The notes: generated by a model not told the origin, from the letters alone. 64,000 bases of DNA from Obrimoposthia wandeli (GCA_977020255.1 CDROCS010002422.1:310001-374000); one strand, 5' to 3'. Counted from the first letter of the stretch, positions 17,255 to 27,919 are shown. Program-made: numbers and translations.

Positions 17255-17279
17255 ACCAAGCTAGTCTAGAGCATATAAT

Positions 17280-17302
17280 AGGCGCTTTTTAGCGCCTTTT
17301 TT
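17280..17302 (+). terminator. Intrinsic terminator
   Basis: AGGCGC-loop-GCGCCT followed by a T run. Confidence 0.7.
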
Positions 17303-17618
17303 AACACCTATTAATATGTTTTTAAAATTTTTTTTAATGCCCCCTGCTACTATTTCTAACTTTAATATATAGCTAGCGCGCTACTGCTTTAGTCTTTTCA
17401 ATGTAAAAAATTCTAAAATAAATCCTACCAAACAAATCACTACCTTTTCCCAAAAACACCTCATAAAAAATTATTCATATTCTAATGATTTCACATTCAC
17501 TTCCCAGAACAATTATCACCTTTAGAAGAAGTTAGCTTGTTTTAGGCGATTTAACTGCAAATAAACTACTGAAACGCTCACGATACTTTTTTATTCATAA
17601 CGCTTTTTTTTCAATAAA

Positions 17619-17652
17619 ATGTCATCAAACTGTCACTAATAGAGCTTATTAT
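17619..17652 (+). promoter_or_regulatory. Pho box with a -10 element 10 bp downstream
   Basis: ATGTCAT-CAAA-CTGTCAC (17619-17636) against the PhoB consensus CTGTCAT-N4-CTGT(C/A)A(C/T); TATTAT at 17647-17652. Confidence 0.75.
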
Positions 17653-17658
17653 TGATGC

Positions 17659-17674
17659 TTGCACACGCGTGCAA
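17659..17674. promoter_or_regulatory. LacI-family operator
   Basis: TTGCAC-A-CG-C-GTGCAA dyad with central CG; a LacI gene lies in the same cluster. Confidence 0.75.
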
Positions 17675-17748
17675 CACATGATAATTTAGTTCAGTACTTC
17701 ATTCAGTGACAACTGAGCTCTCAAAAAAAACAATCATCGGAGAAGCAA

Positions 17749-19122
17749 ATGACGGTTACAAAAACACTGCGCCATGGGCTAAAAGCCGCAGCGCTAACAT
17801 CAGCAGTTACCATGGCACTTAGTGCCGCTCCTAGCTTTGCTAAAGACGTTACTATTAGCGTATGGGCAGGTGGATCCAATCAAAGCGATTCTTACCGCGC
17901 AGAAGCCATCGAAATGGCCGCTGATATACTCGAACGTGAAGCAAAAATTCGCGGTGAAGATTTAGACATTACTGTCGAGAAAAAACTTTTTAACGATGGC
18001 TGGGAAAACTTTAAACAAGCAGTCACCCTTGCGGCAGAATCTAAAACTGCACCGAATATCATCGTTACCTCTCATGCCGATATCGCCCCTTGGTCGCAAT
18101 CAGGTTTAATTCGCCCAATCGGCGATTACATCGATCAAGATGCTTGGCCTGTTAACCAAATTTATGGCAACTTGTTAGATATTGCTTCTTACAATGGCCA
18201 GTTATGGGGTTTACCGCAGGATGCTGAATCTCGCCCATTCTTCTTTTGGAAGCCACATTTAGCCGCTATTGGTTACAGTGAAGAGCAAATTGAAGCGCTA
18301 CCTGCAAAAGTAAAATCAGGTGAATACACTTTATACAGCATGCTAGATGATGCCAAAAAGATGCAAGATAAAGGCCTTGTTGAAAAGGGCAAAGGGTTTT
18401 CACCGCGCGTTTCAAATGGCCCGGATTACTGGCAGTTCTACCAAAGCTTTGGCGGCGAAATGAAAGATGTAGCTTCTGGCAAGCTAATCTTTGATAAGCA
18501 GGCAATGACCGAAATGTACCAATTCTTTGTTGATGCAACTGAAATGGGTGTTACCTCTAAAACTCACTTAGGTGGTGATTGGAATCAGTGGTACTCAGGC
18601 GTTGCCAACGGCAAAATGGGTACTTGGCATGGCGGCACTTGGCACTACAACCGCTACACTGGCAAAGAAGGGCTAGATGATTTCTTTGGTAAAATTCAGT
18701 TCTCACTTATCCCAACTGGTAACAAGCGCGGGCGTGCAAACACCATCACTCACCCGTTAGTTTATTTAGTATCAAACACAGGTACTGATGATGATGCATC
18801 TATCGCTGCACAGCTAATTGCCATTGCTTCTGAGCCAAGATTAAACTCGCTACACGCGATAAAATCAGCGCACTTAGGCATAGGTAAAGAGCAAGCGAAA
18901 GTTGGTTTATATTCTGATAACCAATGGGCTTCTGAAGCGACTGAGCGTTTATTAGTTCATGCTAATGCCATGCCAAACCACACTGAGTTTGGTCAATATT
19001 GGCAGATCATGTTCAAAGGCTTAGAAAGCGCTTGGACAGGACAAAAAAGCGTTGCTGATGCCGTTGCCAATGTTGAAGCTGAGTTAAAAACCACGCTAGG
19101 CGACAACATCTTAATTAAGTAA
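17749..19122 (+). CDS. Carbohydrate (CUT1) ABC substrate-binding protein
   Basis: Signal peptide ending SFA; YNGQLWGLPQDAE motif; first gene of a CUT1 operon. Confidence 0.9.
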   Translation: MTVTKTLRHGLKAAALTSAVTMALSAAPSFAKDVTISVWAGGSNQSDSYRAEAIEMAADILEREAKIRGEDLDITVEKKLFNDGWENFKQAVTLAAESKTAPNIIVTSHADIAPWSQSGLIRPIGDYIDQDAWPVNQIYGNLLDIASYNGQLWGLPQDAESRPFFFWKPHLAAIGYSEEQIEALPAKVKSGEYTLYSMLDDAKKMQDKGLVEKGKGFSPRVSNGPDYWQFYQSFGGEMKDVASGKLIFDKQAMTEMYQFFVDATEMGVTSKTHLGGDWNQWYSGVANGKMGTWHGGTWHYNRYTGKEGLDDFFGKIQFSLIPTGNKRGRANTITHPLVYLVSNTGTDDDASIAAQLIAIASEPRLNSLHAIKSAHLGIGKEQAKVGLYSDNQWASEATERLLVHANAMPNHTEFGQYWQIMFKGLESAWTGQKSVADAVANVEAELKTTLGDNILIK

Positions 19123-19140
19123 ATAGCCCAAAATAGTAAT

Positions 19141-19243
19141 GCAAGGTAGCGACTGTTACCTTGCTCTTACTCTTACTTTCGCCTTGTTCTTACGCTGCGA
19201 AACCTGTTTGCAAAATCTCGTTTAAAAACCAGCTTGCAAACAG
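19141..19243 (+). other. Two intercistronic hairpins after the SBP gene
   Basis: GCAAGGTA/TACCTTGC (19141-19164) and CTGTTTGCAA/TTGCAAACAG (19204-19243). Confidence 0.55.
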
Positions 19244-19307
19244 TCTTCGCTTCCATCTGCCGCCATATAGGCCGGCACTTATTACCTCTGATAGGAATTG
19301 ACTGACG

Positions 19308-20621
19308 ATGCGTCAACGAATCGGTTTACTGGGCCTTGGATTCATGGCCCCTGCACTGATCATGGTGGTAGTGTTCTTTTTGATCCCTGTCATCATGACT
19401 GCTTTCTTCGCCTTTACCAACATGGGAACGGCTACGGGTGTCTCAGGTGGAGAATATCTGCTAACACCCAAAATAATAAAACAATTTGAAGCGGGCCAAA
19501 CACTCGATAAAAAAGTGATAACGGCGCTGGCTTCTAGCAACTACGTTGTCAATGATGCGAATTTAGCTACCGCTAAAGAGGCGGGCTTAAAAAGCAAATT
19601 CTTAGGTGAAATTGATAAAAAACTCCAGGGAAAAACCTTTGCTAGTCGTCGTGACTTTGAGCGCGCGCTAAAAAAGCTAAAATCGCGACCGCGTAATACC
19701 CGAGCACTGATCAAATCTACCGCACATTTTAGCAACAGTATCCTCAATACCCGCTATGAAACTTTGGGCGAGTTTAAAACGGCACTGTCTAATAGCGGCG
19801 CTGCACTGGCTGAACCACAATTAGAGACAGTGACAAAAGCCAGCTACACCGGCTGGATTTGGACCACTGATAACTTCACCACCATGTTCAGCAAACCTGA
19901 TACTTGGTTTGTGGCCGCCAATACTTTGGTATATGTGGTTTTAGTATTAGCCTTTAACATCTTTTTTGGCTTGTTCTTATCGCTGACCACCTTTTATCTA
20001 CCTTCGGGGCAATCTGCTTTCTTCCGCGCTATTTGGTTGCTGCCAAGAATTTCGCCACCGGTGCTATATGTATTGTTGTGGAAGTGGCTAACTTGGGATA
20101 CTGGCTTTGTCTCCACTGTTTTAGGCTGGTTCGGTATGGAGCCCTACAACTTTATGTTAGGGTCGGTAGAAAGTGCCTGGACGGTGGTTATCTTAATCAA
20201 CGGCTTTGTCGGCGCATCGCTGGGAATGATCTTATTTTCCAGTGCTATTCAAGCCATTCCCAGTTCAATTTTGTATGCCAGTGAAGTAGATGGTGCCAAT
20301 CGCTGGCAGCAAGTGCGCTACATTATCTTGCCACAGCTGCGCTGGCCGATTCTCTTCACCACCAGCTATACCACTTTGTCGCTGCTCACTTCTTTTGAGT
20401 ACATCTTACTCTCCACCAGAGGTGGACCCGGTGGCACAACCAATGTCTGGGCACTCGAAGCGTACTTTACCGCATTGAATAACTATTCTGGCAACCTACA
20501 ATACGGCTACGGTGCAGCAATGGCATTAGTATTAGTGACGATAGGTATCAGTGTCTCGCTACTGTATCTGCGTCTGTTTAAATTCGACGATTTAGTTTCG
20601 CGTCCGCGCATTGAATCTTAA
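19308..20621 (+). CDS. CUT1 ABC permease with large soluble insert
   Basis: EAA-type loop ASEVDGANRWQQVRYIILPQL. Confidence 0.9.
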   Translation: MRQRIGLLGLGFMAPALIMVVVFFLIPVIMTAFFAFTNMGTATGVSGGEYLLTPKIIKQFEAGQTLDKKVITALASSNYVVNDANLATAKEAGLKSKFLGEIDKKLQGKTFASRRDFERALKKLKSRPRNTRALIKSTAHFSNSILNTRYETLGEFKTALSNSGAALAEPQLETVTKASYTGWIWTTDNFTTMFSKPDTWFVAANTLVYVVLVLAFNIFFGLFLSLTTFYLPSGQSAFFRAIWLLPRISPPVLYVLLWKWLTWDTGFVSTVLGWFGMEPYNFMLGSVESAWTVVILINGFVGASLGMILFSSAIQAIPSSILYASEVDGANRWQQVRYIILPQLRWPILFTTSYTTLSLLTSFEYILLSTRGGPGGTTNVWALEAYFTALNNYSGNLQYGYGAAMALVLVTIGISVSLLYLRLFKFDDLVSRPRIES

Positions 20622-20632
20622 GGAATACTGCT

Positions 20633-21469
20633 ATGTCGAATGAAAATTCAAGAAACTTTAAAAGCTGGCCAGTGACGATTATTCTGACGCTTTTTTCGCT
20701 GCCAATATTTGTGATGTATCTGTATTTAGTTATTGATACTTTCACTAATACTGAAGCCGGTTCGTTGATCCCCAACGAGTTCACTTTTGAACACTGGCGT
20801 TTCCTCTGGGAAACTGAGCCTGGAAGGGTGAGCATCTGGACAGCAACCCTCAATACCTTGATCTTCGCCAGTGTGATGACCGCAGTGATACTGTCCGTTT
20901 CACTGACTGCTGGCTACGCGCTATCGCGTTTAAACATGCCCTTTCGCCGCTTCTTTCTCGGTGGTGTATTGACGCTACACGCTTTTCCAACGGTGACTTT
21001 GGTGATCGCGCTGTTTATCGTGCTACAAATGGTGGGCCTTTATAACACCTTGATTGGGGTTATCTTTATCAAAGCGGCACTGATGTTGCCCTTTGGTATT
21101 TGGGTGATGAAAGGCTTTTACGATACCGTGCCTTGGGAAATTGAAATGGCCGGTGTGCAGGACGGAGCCAGCCGTTTTATGGTATGGCACAAACTGGTAT
21201 TGCCACAGATTAAACCGGGCTTAATTGCGCTGGGCGTGTTCTCTTTTCTGGAGGGTTGGAGCGAGTATGTACTACCGCAAATTTTCACCCCTGATGCAGA
21301 TGTACAAGTGCTCTCGGTATACCTAGCATCGTTGATCGCCGACGATCAAAATTTTGACTTTAATCTTTTCAAATCGATCGGCCTTTTTTACATCATGCCG
21401 GTGATCGTTTTATACCTACTTTTTCAAAATAAGCTGATGAATATCTACGGTGGAGGCTCGAAGGGCTAA
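20633..21469 (+). CDS. CUT1 ABC permease
   Basis: EAA loop EIEMAGVQDGASRF...VLPQIKPG. Confidence 0.92.
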   Translation: MSNENSRNFKSWPVTIILTLFSLPIFVMYLYLVIDTFTNTEAGSLIPNEFTFEHWRFLWETEPGRVSIWTATLNTLIFASVMTAVILSVSLTAGYALSRLNMPFRRFFLGGVLTLHAFPTVTLVIALFIVLQMVGLYNTLIGVIFIKAALMLPFGIWVMKGFYDTVPWEIEMAGVQDGASRFMVWHKLVLPQIKPGLIALGVFSFLEGWSEYVLPQIFTPDADVQVLSVYLASLIADDQNFDFNLFKSIGLFYIMPVIVLYLLFQNKLMNIYGGGSKG

Positions 21470-22530
21470 TGCGCATTTTACTCGACAAATTTACAAAAAA
21501 GTTTGATGACACGGTTGTCATCAACGACATGGATTTAGAAATAAAAGACGGTGAATTAATGGCGCTACTGGGCCCATCAGGCTGCGGTAAATCAACCACG
21601 CTCTTTTCAATTTGCGGTATTTACCAATGTAGCGGCGGTCGTATTTTGTTTGGCGATCGCGATGTATCTAAAGTGAGTTCACAAGAGCGCAACGTAGGCG
21701 TGGTGTTTCAAAACTATGCTCTCTACCCGCATATGTCTATTTATGACAACATCGCCTTCCCACTAATGGTGAAGAAGATGTCTGCTGCACAGATCAAAAA
21801 AGAAGTGCACGCCATCGCTGAGTTAGTGCATATAGGTGATTTATTACACCGCAAACCGGCGCAGTTATCAGGAGGCCAGCAACAACGAGTTGCCTTAAGC
21901 CGCGCGTTAGTACGCAAACCAGATGTGTTGTTACTTGATGAACCACTAGCCAATTTAGATGCTAAATTGCGCCTAGAAATGCGCTCAGAAATACGCCGCA
22001 TTCAACAAGAAACCGGTATTACTGCCATTTTAGTTACCCATGATCAAGTTGAAGCGATGTCTATGTGTGATCGCATTGCACTGATGGATGAAGGCAGAGT
22101 TTTACAAGTCACTACCCCGAATGACATGTACCACAATCCACAAACAGATTTTGTGGCAAGCTTCTTAGGTAACCCACCTATTGCCTTTCTTGAAGGAGAA
22201 GTCACGGGGAATCAAGTACTGTTAAATGGCTCACAAACTAAAGTAGCGCTGCCCTCTAGTGTCAAACAACCGCAAGCTGGCACCAAAGTTCGCCTTGGCG
22301 TACGCCCTGAATACGTCGGCACTGATAGAGGAAACCCTGTGGCAGGTCATATCAGTTTCATTGAAACGCAGGGGCGTGAAAACCTGTATGACTTGACCCT
22401 TGATAACGGTTCAGTGCTGCGTTCAATACAACCTGTGCGCCATGATATTAGCATGGGCCAAGCTGCTAACTGGAATATCAATACTGAACAAATTTTAGTG
22501 TTTGATGAAAATGGACAGCGCTTACTCTAA
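21469..22530 (+). CDS. CUT1 ABC ATPase (MalK/UgpC-like)
   Basis: GPSGCGKS, LSGGQQQRVAL, LLLDEP, VTHDQ. Confidence 0.95.
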   Translation: MRILLDKFTKKFDDTVVINDMDLEIKDGELMALLGPSGCGKSTTLFSICGIYQCSGGRILFGDRDVSKVSSQERNVGVVFQNYALYPHMSIYDNIAFPLMVKKMSAAQIKKEVHAIAELVHIGDLLHRKPAQLSGGQQQRVALSRALVRKPDVLLLDEPLANLDAKLRLEMRSEIRRIQQETGITAILVTHDQVEAMSMCDRIALMDEGRVLQVTTPNDMYHNPQTDFVASFLGNPPIAFLEGEVTGNQVLLNGSQTKVALPSSVKQPQAGTKVRLGVRPEYVGTDRGNPVAGHISFIETQGRENLYDLTLDNGSVLRSIQPVRHDISMGQAANWNINTEQILVFDENGQRLL

Positions 22531-22772
22531 TTTTTAGTCTAAATTTAGATATAGATTTTAATTTATATCTAACCCGGATGTCGCATGCAATGCCGTGATG
22601 ATTGCACTGTTAGTTGTTTTTACAGGATTTTTTTCGATTGAGTGCCGTACCGGTGTGTCCGGTTGATTGAGAAAGAAAAGCCTGTAGAAACAAGGAGCAA
22701 GCAAGCGCACGAGCAGTTGGGTGCAATATTCGGGCTAAGCGCTTATTTTTTAAATTTCTGTACGGAAACAGT

Positions 22773-24320
22773 ATGACTGATCACATAACAACAACAGCAC
22801 AAGCGTTGCAACAATGGCCTGCAAGTCGTTTTGGCGGCCCCAAAATTATCGGCCATCGTGGCGCTTGTCATCATGCGCTAGAAAATACTCTTGATTCTTT
22901 TGCTATGGCGACAATGCTCGGAGCTGATATGTGGGAGCTAGATGCTAGAGTCACCATCGATGGTGTTTGTGTGATTAGCCACGATGATGACTTGGCCGCC
23001 ATGTATGGAATGAATGGAGTGCATGGAAAAATCAGCGAGCTAACCTATGCACAGCTTTGCCAACGCGCGCAATTACCAACGTTAGCGCAAGCAATCACTT
23101 TGGCGCAAAAGAGTAATACTGGGCTATATATTGAATTGAAAGATGAGGCATCAGGCGCTGCTGCACTTGCACAGCTGCGTACTCATCAATTTAGCTATGC
23201 AGTGCTTGGCTCGTTTAACGTCAACTGGGTTGCGCAACTGCAAAACTTCAATTGCGAATACCCAACCGCTGTATTAGTACCGGTTGGCGCAGAACCTTTT
23301 GCAATGGCCACTGCCGCACAAGCAAGCATTGTGCATTTATGCTGGGAGCGCGCCAGCGAAACCCCTCAGCATTTAGTGACCCCGAATTTGCTCGCAAAAG
23401 CCGCGCAATTATCATTACAACTCGTGCTATGGCATGAAGAACGCCCCAGCGTCATTAAAGCTTTGATGCAATTACCAGTATTGGGCGTCTGCACAGACAG
23501 ACCTGAACTGATGGTGCCTTACCCAGGTTCAGCTGCGCGCAATAGTATTGGCGATAGCAAACCACAAATTGTCTGTCATCGCGGCGCTGAACATATCGCT
23601 CCTGAGAATACTTTAGCGGCTATCACCCGCGTGTTCGAGCAAGGTTTAGGCTGGGCTGAAATCGACATTCAACAAACTGCTGATGATCAATTAATTGTAT
23701 TGCACGACAACACCTTACAGCGCACCACCAACGGTTCGGGCGATGTGGCTGATTTCACTTATCAGCAATTAAGCGAGTTAGATGCCGGCAGTTTTTTTAA
23801 CCCTTATTATAAAGGGGAAAAAATTCCACTTTTATCAGAAGTGATCAGCCTTGCAAAAAAGTTTAATAAATCTCTCTATATCGAAATCAAACACGCTTGC
23901 AGCGCTAAAGTATTGGCACAAGTTAAAGCCCAACACTTTTTAGCTGACTGTTTCTTCTGGAGCTTTAATAGCGACAAACTCACTGAGCTGCGCGCTTTAG
24001 ATAGCACCGCGAATATTATGGTACGCAGCCAAGATTTCCCCAGCGTCGAGTTAGCCTGTAAGAACGTGAAGGCGAATGTCGTCGAAATTCAAATGAGCGC
24101 TACCGACATTCCCACTAACATTGCCACCAGTATTACCGCTGATATAGCAGCAGCAAGAGCGCAAGGCTGCTTAGTAATGCTCTGTTATCAAGGTCAAGAT
24201 GTTGCCGTATTTGAAAGCATGTTAACCTTGCGCCCTGATTTGATAAACCTTAGCCGCCCCGATATCTGGAAGGAAGTTTTTTATCATTTTAACACTCCCA
24301 ATACCGCACAAAAATCGTAG
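22773..24320 (+). CDS. Glycerophosphodiester phosphodiesterase with two tandem GDPD domains
   Basis: HRGA..ENT..ELD and HRGA..PENT..EID..HD motifs, each once per half. Confidence 0.9.
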   Translation: MTDHITTTAQALQQWPASRFGGPKIIGHRGACHHALENTLDSFAMATMLGADMWELDARVTIDGVCVISHDDDLAAMYGMNGVHGKISELTYAQLCQRAQLPTLAQAITLAQKSNTGLYIELKDEASGAAALAQLRTHQFSYAVLGSFNVNWVAQLQNFNCEYPTAVLVPVGAEPFAMATAAQASIVHLCWERASETPQHLVTPNLLAKAAQLSLQLVLWHEERPSVIKALMQLPVLGVCTDRPELMVPYPGSAARNSIGDSKPQIVCHRGAEHIAPENTLAAITRVFEQGLGWAEIDIQQTADDQLIVLHDNTLQRTTNGSGDVADFTYQQLSELDAGSFFNPYYKGEKIPLLSEVISLAKKFNKSLYIEIKHACSAKVLAQVKAQHFLADCFFWSFNSDKLTELRALDSTANIMVRSQDFPSVELACKNVKANVVEIQMSATDIPTNIATSITADIAAARAQGCLVMLCYQGQDVAVFESMLTLRPDLINLSRPDIWKEVFYHFNTPNTAQKS

Positions 24321-24356
24321 CGCTTGAGGCTTAGTATCACCATATGAAATATTTAT

Positions 24357-25376
24357 ATGACCAAGGATAAAGAAAACGGATTTAGAAAAGTAACCTCAGT
24401 TGACGTTGCAAAACACGCTGGTGTTTCACGTTCAGCTGTTTCAAGAACCTTTACGCCCAATGCTAGCGTTTCAGCTGACACGCGCGAAAAGGTACTAAAA
24501 TCAGCAGCGCAGTTAGGTTATAGAGTCAACAAACTGGCCAGCAGCCTAACCAACAACCGCTCTGATTTAGTCGGCATTGTTGCCTCCAATATTGATAATC
24601 CCTTTCGAGTCAGCCAAATTGAAGCGCTATCTAGGGAGTTAATGAAGCACAACCTCAAGCCTATTTTACTAGTAGTGGAAGGTAGTGAAGACCCTTCACA
24701 TATTATTGGCATGCTACTGGAATACAACGTAAGCGGCGTGATTGTCACATCAGATACACCGCCACAAAGTATTTGTGAAGAGTGTGTAGCGCTTGGCGTT
24801 CCCATGGTGTTGGTTAACAAAGCGCAAAGCAGCACCGCGGTTGACAGAGTGCTGCTCAATAACAAGAAATCAGGCGAATTGGCCGCACAAGAACTGTATG
24901 ACACCGGTTGCAGAACAATGGCGGTAGTAACCATCGAACAGCCCTCTTACTCACTGCGAGTACGCATTGAATCTTTTGTTAACCACTGCCAAACATTAGG
25001 CATCGAAAAGGTCGCTTTTTTTCGAGGAGAAAAACAAGATTACCAAGGTGGCCAACGCGCCGCAATGCAACTGCATAGCTCTACACAGACGATACAAGGC
25101 GTGTTTTGCGTCAGCGATTATTTAGCATTAGGTTTCATGGATTATTTACGTTTGGAGCCAGGCGCACCTAGCTTACCTGATCTAAAAATAGTGAGCTGCG
25201 ATGACATTGCACAGGCAAGCTGGCCGATCTACAACTTGAGCACCATTCGCCAAGACACCGCTATTTTGGCGCAAAATGTTGTACGGGTATTGCAGCAACG
25301 CATCGCAAAACCAAACATAGAAGCTGCAGTAACCATTTTAGATGTAACCCTAGTGCAACGTGGCACAACACGCTAA
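24357..25376 (+). CDS. LacI-family regulator
   Basis: VTSVDVAKHAGVSRSAVSR HTH plus sugar-binding domain. Confidence 0.95.
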   Translation: MTKDKENGFRKVTSVDVAKHAGVSRSAVSRTFTPNASVSADTREKVLKSAAQLGYRVNKLASSLTNNRSDLVGIVASNIDNPFRVSQIEALSRELMKHNLKPILLVVEGSEDPSHIIGMLLEYNVSGVIVTSDTPPQSICEECVALGVPMVLVNKAQSSTAVDRVLLNNKKSGELAAQELYDTGCRTMAVVTIEQPSYSLRVRIESFVNHCQTLGIEKVAFFRGEKQDYQGGQRAAMQLHSSTQTIQGVFCVSDYLALGFMDYLRLEPGAPSLPDLKIVSCDDIAQASWPIYNLSTIRQDTAILAQNVVRVLQQRIAKPNIEAAVTILDVTLVQRGTTR

Positions 25377-25414
25377 AACAGCCATTAAAGATTAACTGCT
25401 ATAGAGAGAAGTAA

Positions 25415-26203
25415 ATGTTAGCTAGATACCAATTAGCCAAAACAGTGGCCGCCACTGCAGGAAAGCTCGCCTTATCTTATCAAGAACAAGCGTTAACCAT
25501 TGAAGCGAAAGGTATTCAAGACTTTGTCACACAAGCCGACCAGCAAGTTGAAAAACAAATTAGGCAAGCACTGCAAACTGCTTATCCGCAAGATGGTTTT
25601 TTTGGTGAAGAAACAGCAAGCGATGTCCAACCAGGCCAAGCGTTTTGGGCGGTTGATCCGATTGACGGCACATCTAACTATATGCGAAAAGTAGATCAAT
25701 GGTGTATTTCTATTGCCTATGTGGTCGATGGCATCATTCAAATCGCTGTCATCTACGACCCAGTAAGAGATTTGCTATATCACGCTAGTCGCGGTGACGG
25801 CGCTTTTTGTAATGATCAACAACAGTATTTGAATACCGAGACACCCATCGATCCCACGTTAATTTTAGGCCACTCGCGACGCGCTGACCTCCGCGTTTAC
25901 CTCGATGTTTTACAACATCTTTATCAAAATAATGTAGAGCATCGTAAATTCGGGTCCGCCGCATTAGGCCTAGCACAAGTAATCACCGGGCAGTGCGATG
26001 GCTACTTTGAAGCCGATCTCAACCCATGGGATTGCCTAGCAGGATTACTGTTAATAGAAGAAGCTGGAGGCGTAATAATTAGCGGTAATGATATGGCAGA
26101 AACATTAACAAATGGCCCTATCGCTGCGGGAATTATTAGCCAAGGTGCTGTTTTGCAGCAGCTGCTGGAAATCGCAGCTACTCCCGCTATAAATAAAAAC
26201 TAG
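25415..26203 (+). CDS. Inositol monophosphatase-family protein
   Basis: GEE, WAVDPIDGTSNY and WDCLAG motifs. Confidence 0.92.
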   Translation: MLARYQLAKTVAATAGKLALSYQEQALTIEAKGIQDFVTQADQQVEKQIRQALQTAYPQDGFFGEETASDVQPGQAFWAVDPIDGTSNYMRKVDQWCISIAYVVDGIIQIAVIYDPVRDLLYHASRGDGAFCNDQQQYLNTETPIDPTLILGHSRRADLRVYLDVLQHLYQNNVEHRKFGSAALGLAQVITGQCDGYFEADLNPWDCLAGLLLIEEAGGVIISGNDMAETLTNGPIAAGIISQGAVLQQLLEIAATPAINKN

Positions 26204-26211
26204 CGCAGCTT

Positions 26212-26826
26212 TTGATAAAGGAAGTTTACATGCTCAAAGGAAACAACATCTCGATTCGGCCAATAAAAGAAACGGATCTTGAAGCTCTATATGACTTATT
26301 GAACGACATCCAAAGCCAAGGTGAATTCCTACCAGCAGCCTTAACCTCTGAGATAGAGCTCAAATCCCAGTATCTGGAAAACGGATTTATCTCAGATGGC
26401 TCGCAGCGCTACCTCATCACTAATAAATCAAATGACATTATAGGATCAATCTGGGCTTTCAAATCCGTCCCCTATTTTGATGCAATTGAAGTCGGCTACC
26501 AAATTTTTGATCTAGCCAGCCGAGGCAAAGGATATGCGACTGAGGCACTTAAAATATTTCATCAATACATATTTGAAACCAAACAAGTTAATCGAATAGA
26601 GCTACGCATAGCCACCCAAAATAAGTCATCGCAACAAGTTGCCCTTAAGATGGGGTTCAAGCTAGAAGGTACTAATAAAGAAGCAGCTTACTCAAAAGGC
26701 AAGCTGCATGATATGCATATTTACGCAATGCTACGCCGTGAGTATTTGCTCCCAGCTAACACTAAGTACTTGCGTGCCGATAACCTAAAAATAAATACCC
26801 CACTTGGAAAAAGCAAACTGAACTAG
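26212..26826 (+). CDS. GNAT acetyltransferase (RimJ/RimL-like)
   Basis: EVGY...RGKGYATEAL; NKSSQQVALKMGF. Confidence 0.85.
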   Translation: MIKEVYMLKGNNISIRPIKETDLEALYDLLNDIQSQGEFLPAALTSEIELKSQYLENGFISDGSQRYLITNKSNDIIGSIWAFKSVPYFDAIEVGYQIFDLASRGKGYATEALKIFHQYIFETKQVNRIELRIATQNKSSQQVALKMGFKLEGTNKEAAYSKGKLHDMHIYAMLRREYLLPANTKYLRADNLKINTPLGKSKLN

Positions 26827-26827
26827 C

Positions 26828-27919
26828 CTATTTTAAATTAGCGATAGGTGTGAGCATCGAAAAGTCAAACGGCGTGATTGCAGCTGCGCATTTTACTAAG
26901 TTTGGCCAGTCCTGATTAGACAGCGCAATTCTACCAAGCGATACAATATCTGCCTGCTCACTTTCTAGTACATTGACCGCCAATTCAGGCTCAGTAACAC
27001 CGCCATTGGCAATAACAGGTAATTTGCTATACTTTTTAGCTAAAGCTGCAAGCGAAGCGCTTTGTCCAAAGGCAGGCTTATCTAATTCAGGTTCTGTGGT
27101 GTGAATATAATCAACTTTGCATTCTCTCATCATTGAAAATATTTGCTGAGCAGCCATTTCACCTTCAGGCCAGAGATACTGAGTATCATTGACTTTCTTC
27201 TGCGAAAATCGCACTCCAATAATAAAATCATTACCAACATGGCTGCGTATTGATTGAATAATCTCACTATAAATACGTAAACGGTTTTCAAGTTTACCGC
27301 CATACTCATCTGTCCTTTGATTAGTGTAGTCTGTTAGAAACTGGTCTAGTAAATAGCCATTAGCACCGTGTATTTCTATTCCATCAAAACCTGCTGTCTG
27401 TGCCAAAACAGCGGCATTGGTAAACCCTAGGATAGCATCCTCAATATCTCTTTTAGCCATCGCTTGAGGCATTAAATAGTCACCAGCCCCGTGATAAAAA
27501 GGCATCTGCTTTCCCAACGGCTTTACCATTGATGGAGCAATGGAGTTTTCTTTAAACCGATTGTATTGCGATAACGCCCCAGCGTGCATCAACTGGGCAA
27601 TAACTTTAGCGCCTTCACGATGAATTCCTTGAACAGCCCCCTCCCAACTCTTTGCTTGCTGCTGTGTCGCCATTCCCGGCTGATCTAGATAACATTGACT
27701 ATAAAGCGTATCAGTGTAGAGGCCTTCTGTGATAATTAAACCAAACCCGCCTTGGGCAAAGTTTTCATAATAGCCTTGCATTAATGGCCCTACCGTCCCA
27801 TCTGCTTGCGCACTGACACGTGTCATAGGTGCCACTGCTAGCCTATTGTTCAAGGTTATCTTGCTTATTTTTGCTGCTTTAAATAACTGCGTGTTGTTTC
27901 TATTCATGGTTAATTCCAA
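26828..27919 (-). CDS. NADH:flavin oxidoreductase (old yellow enzyme family)
   Basis: VAPMTR, QLMHAG, GFDGIEIHGANGYLLDQF, YGGKLENR. Confidence 0.92.
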   Translation of the reverse strand: MELTMNRNNTQLFKAAKISKITLNNRLAVAPMTRVSAQADGTVGPLMQGYYENFAQGGFGLIITEGLYTDTLYSQCYLDQPGMATQQQAKSWEGAVQGIHREGAKVIAQLMHAGALSQYNRFKENSIAPSMVKPLGKQMPFYHGAGDYLMPQAMAKRDIEDAILGFTNAAVLAQTAGFDGIEIHGANGYLLDQFLTDYTNQRTDEYGGKLENRLRIYSEIIQSIRSHVGNDFIIGVRFSQKKVNDTQYLWPEGEMAAQQIFSMMRECKVDYIHTTEPELDKPAFGQSASLAALAKKYSKLPVIANGGVTEPELAVNVLESEQADIVSLGRIALSNQDWPNLVKCAAAITPFDFSMLTPIANLK

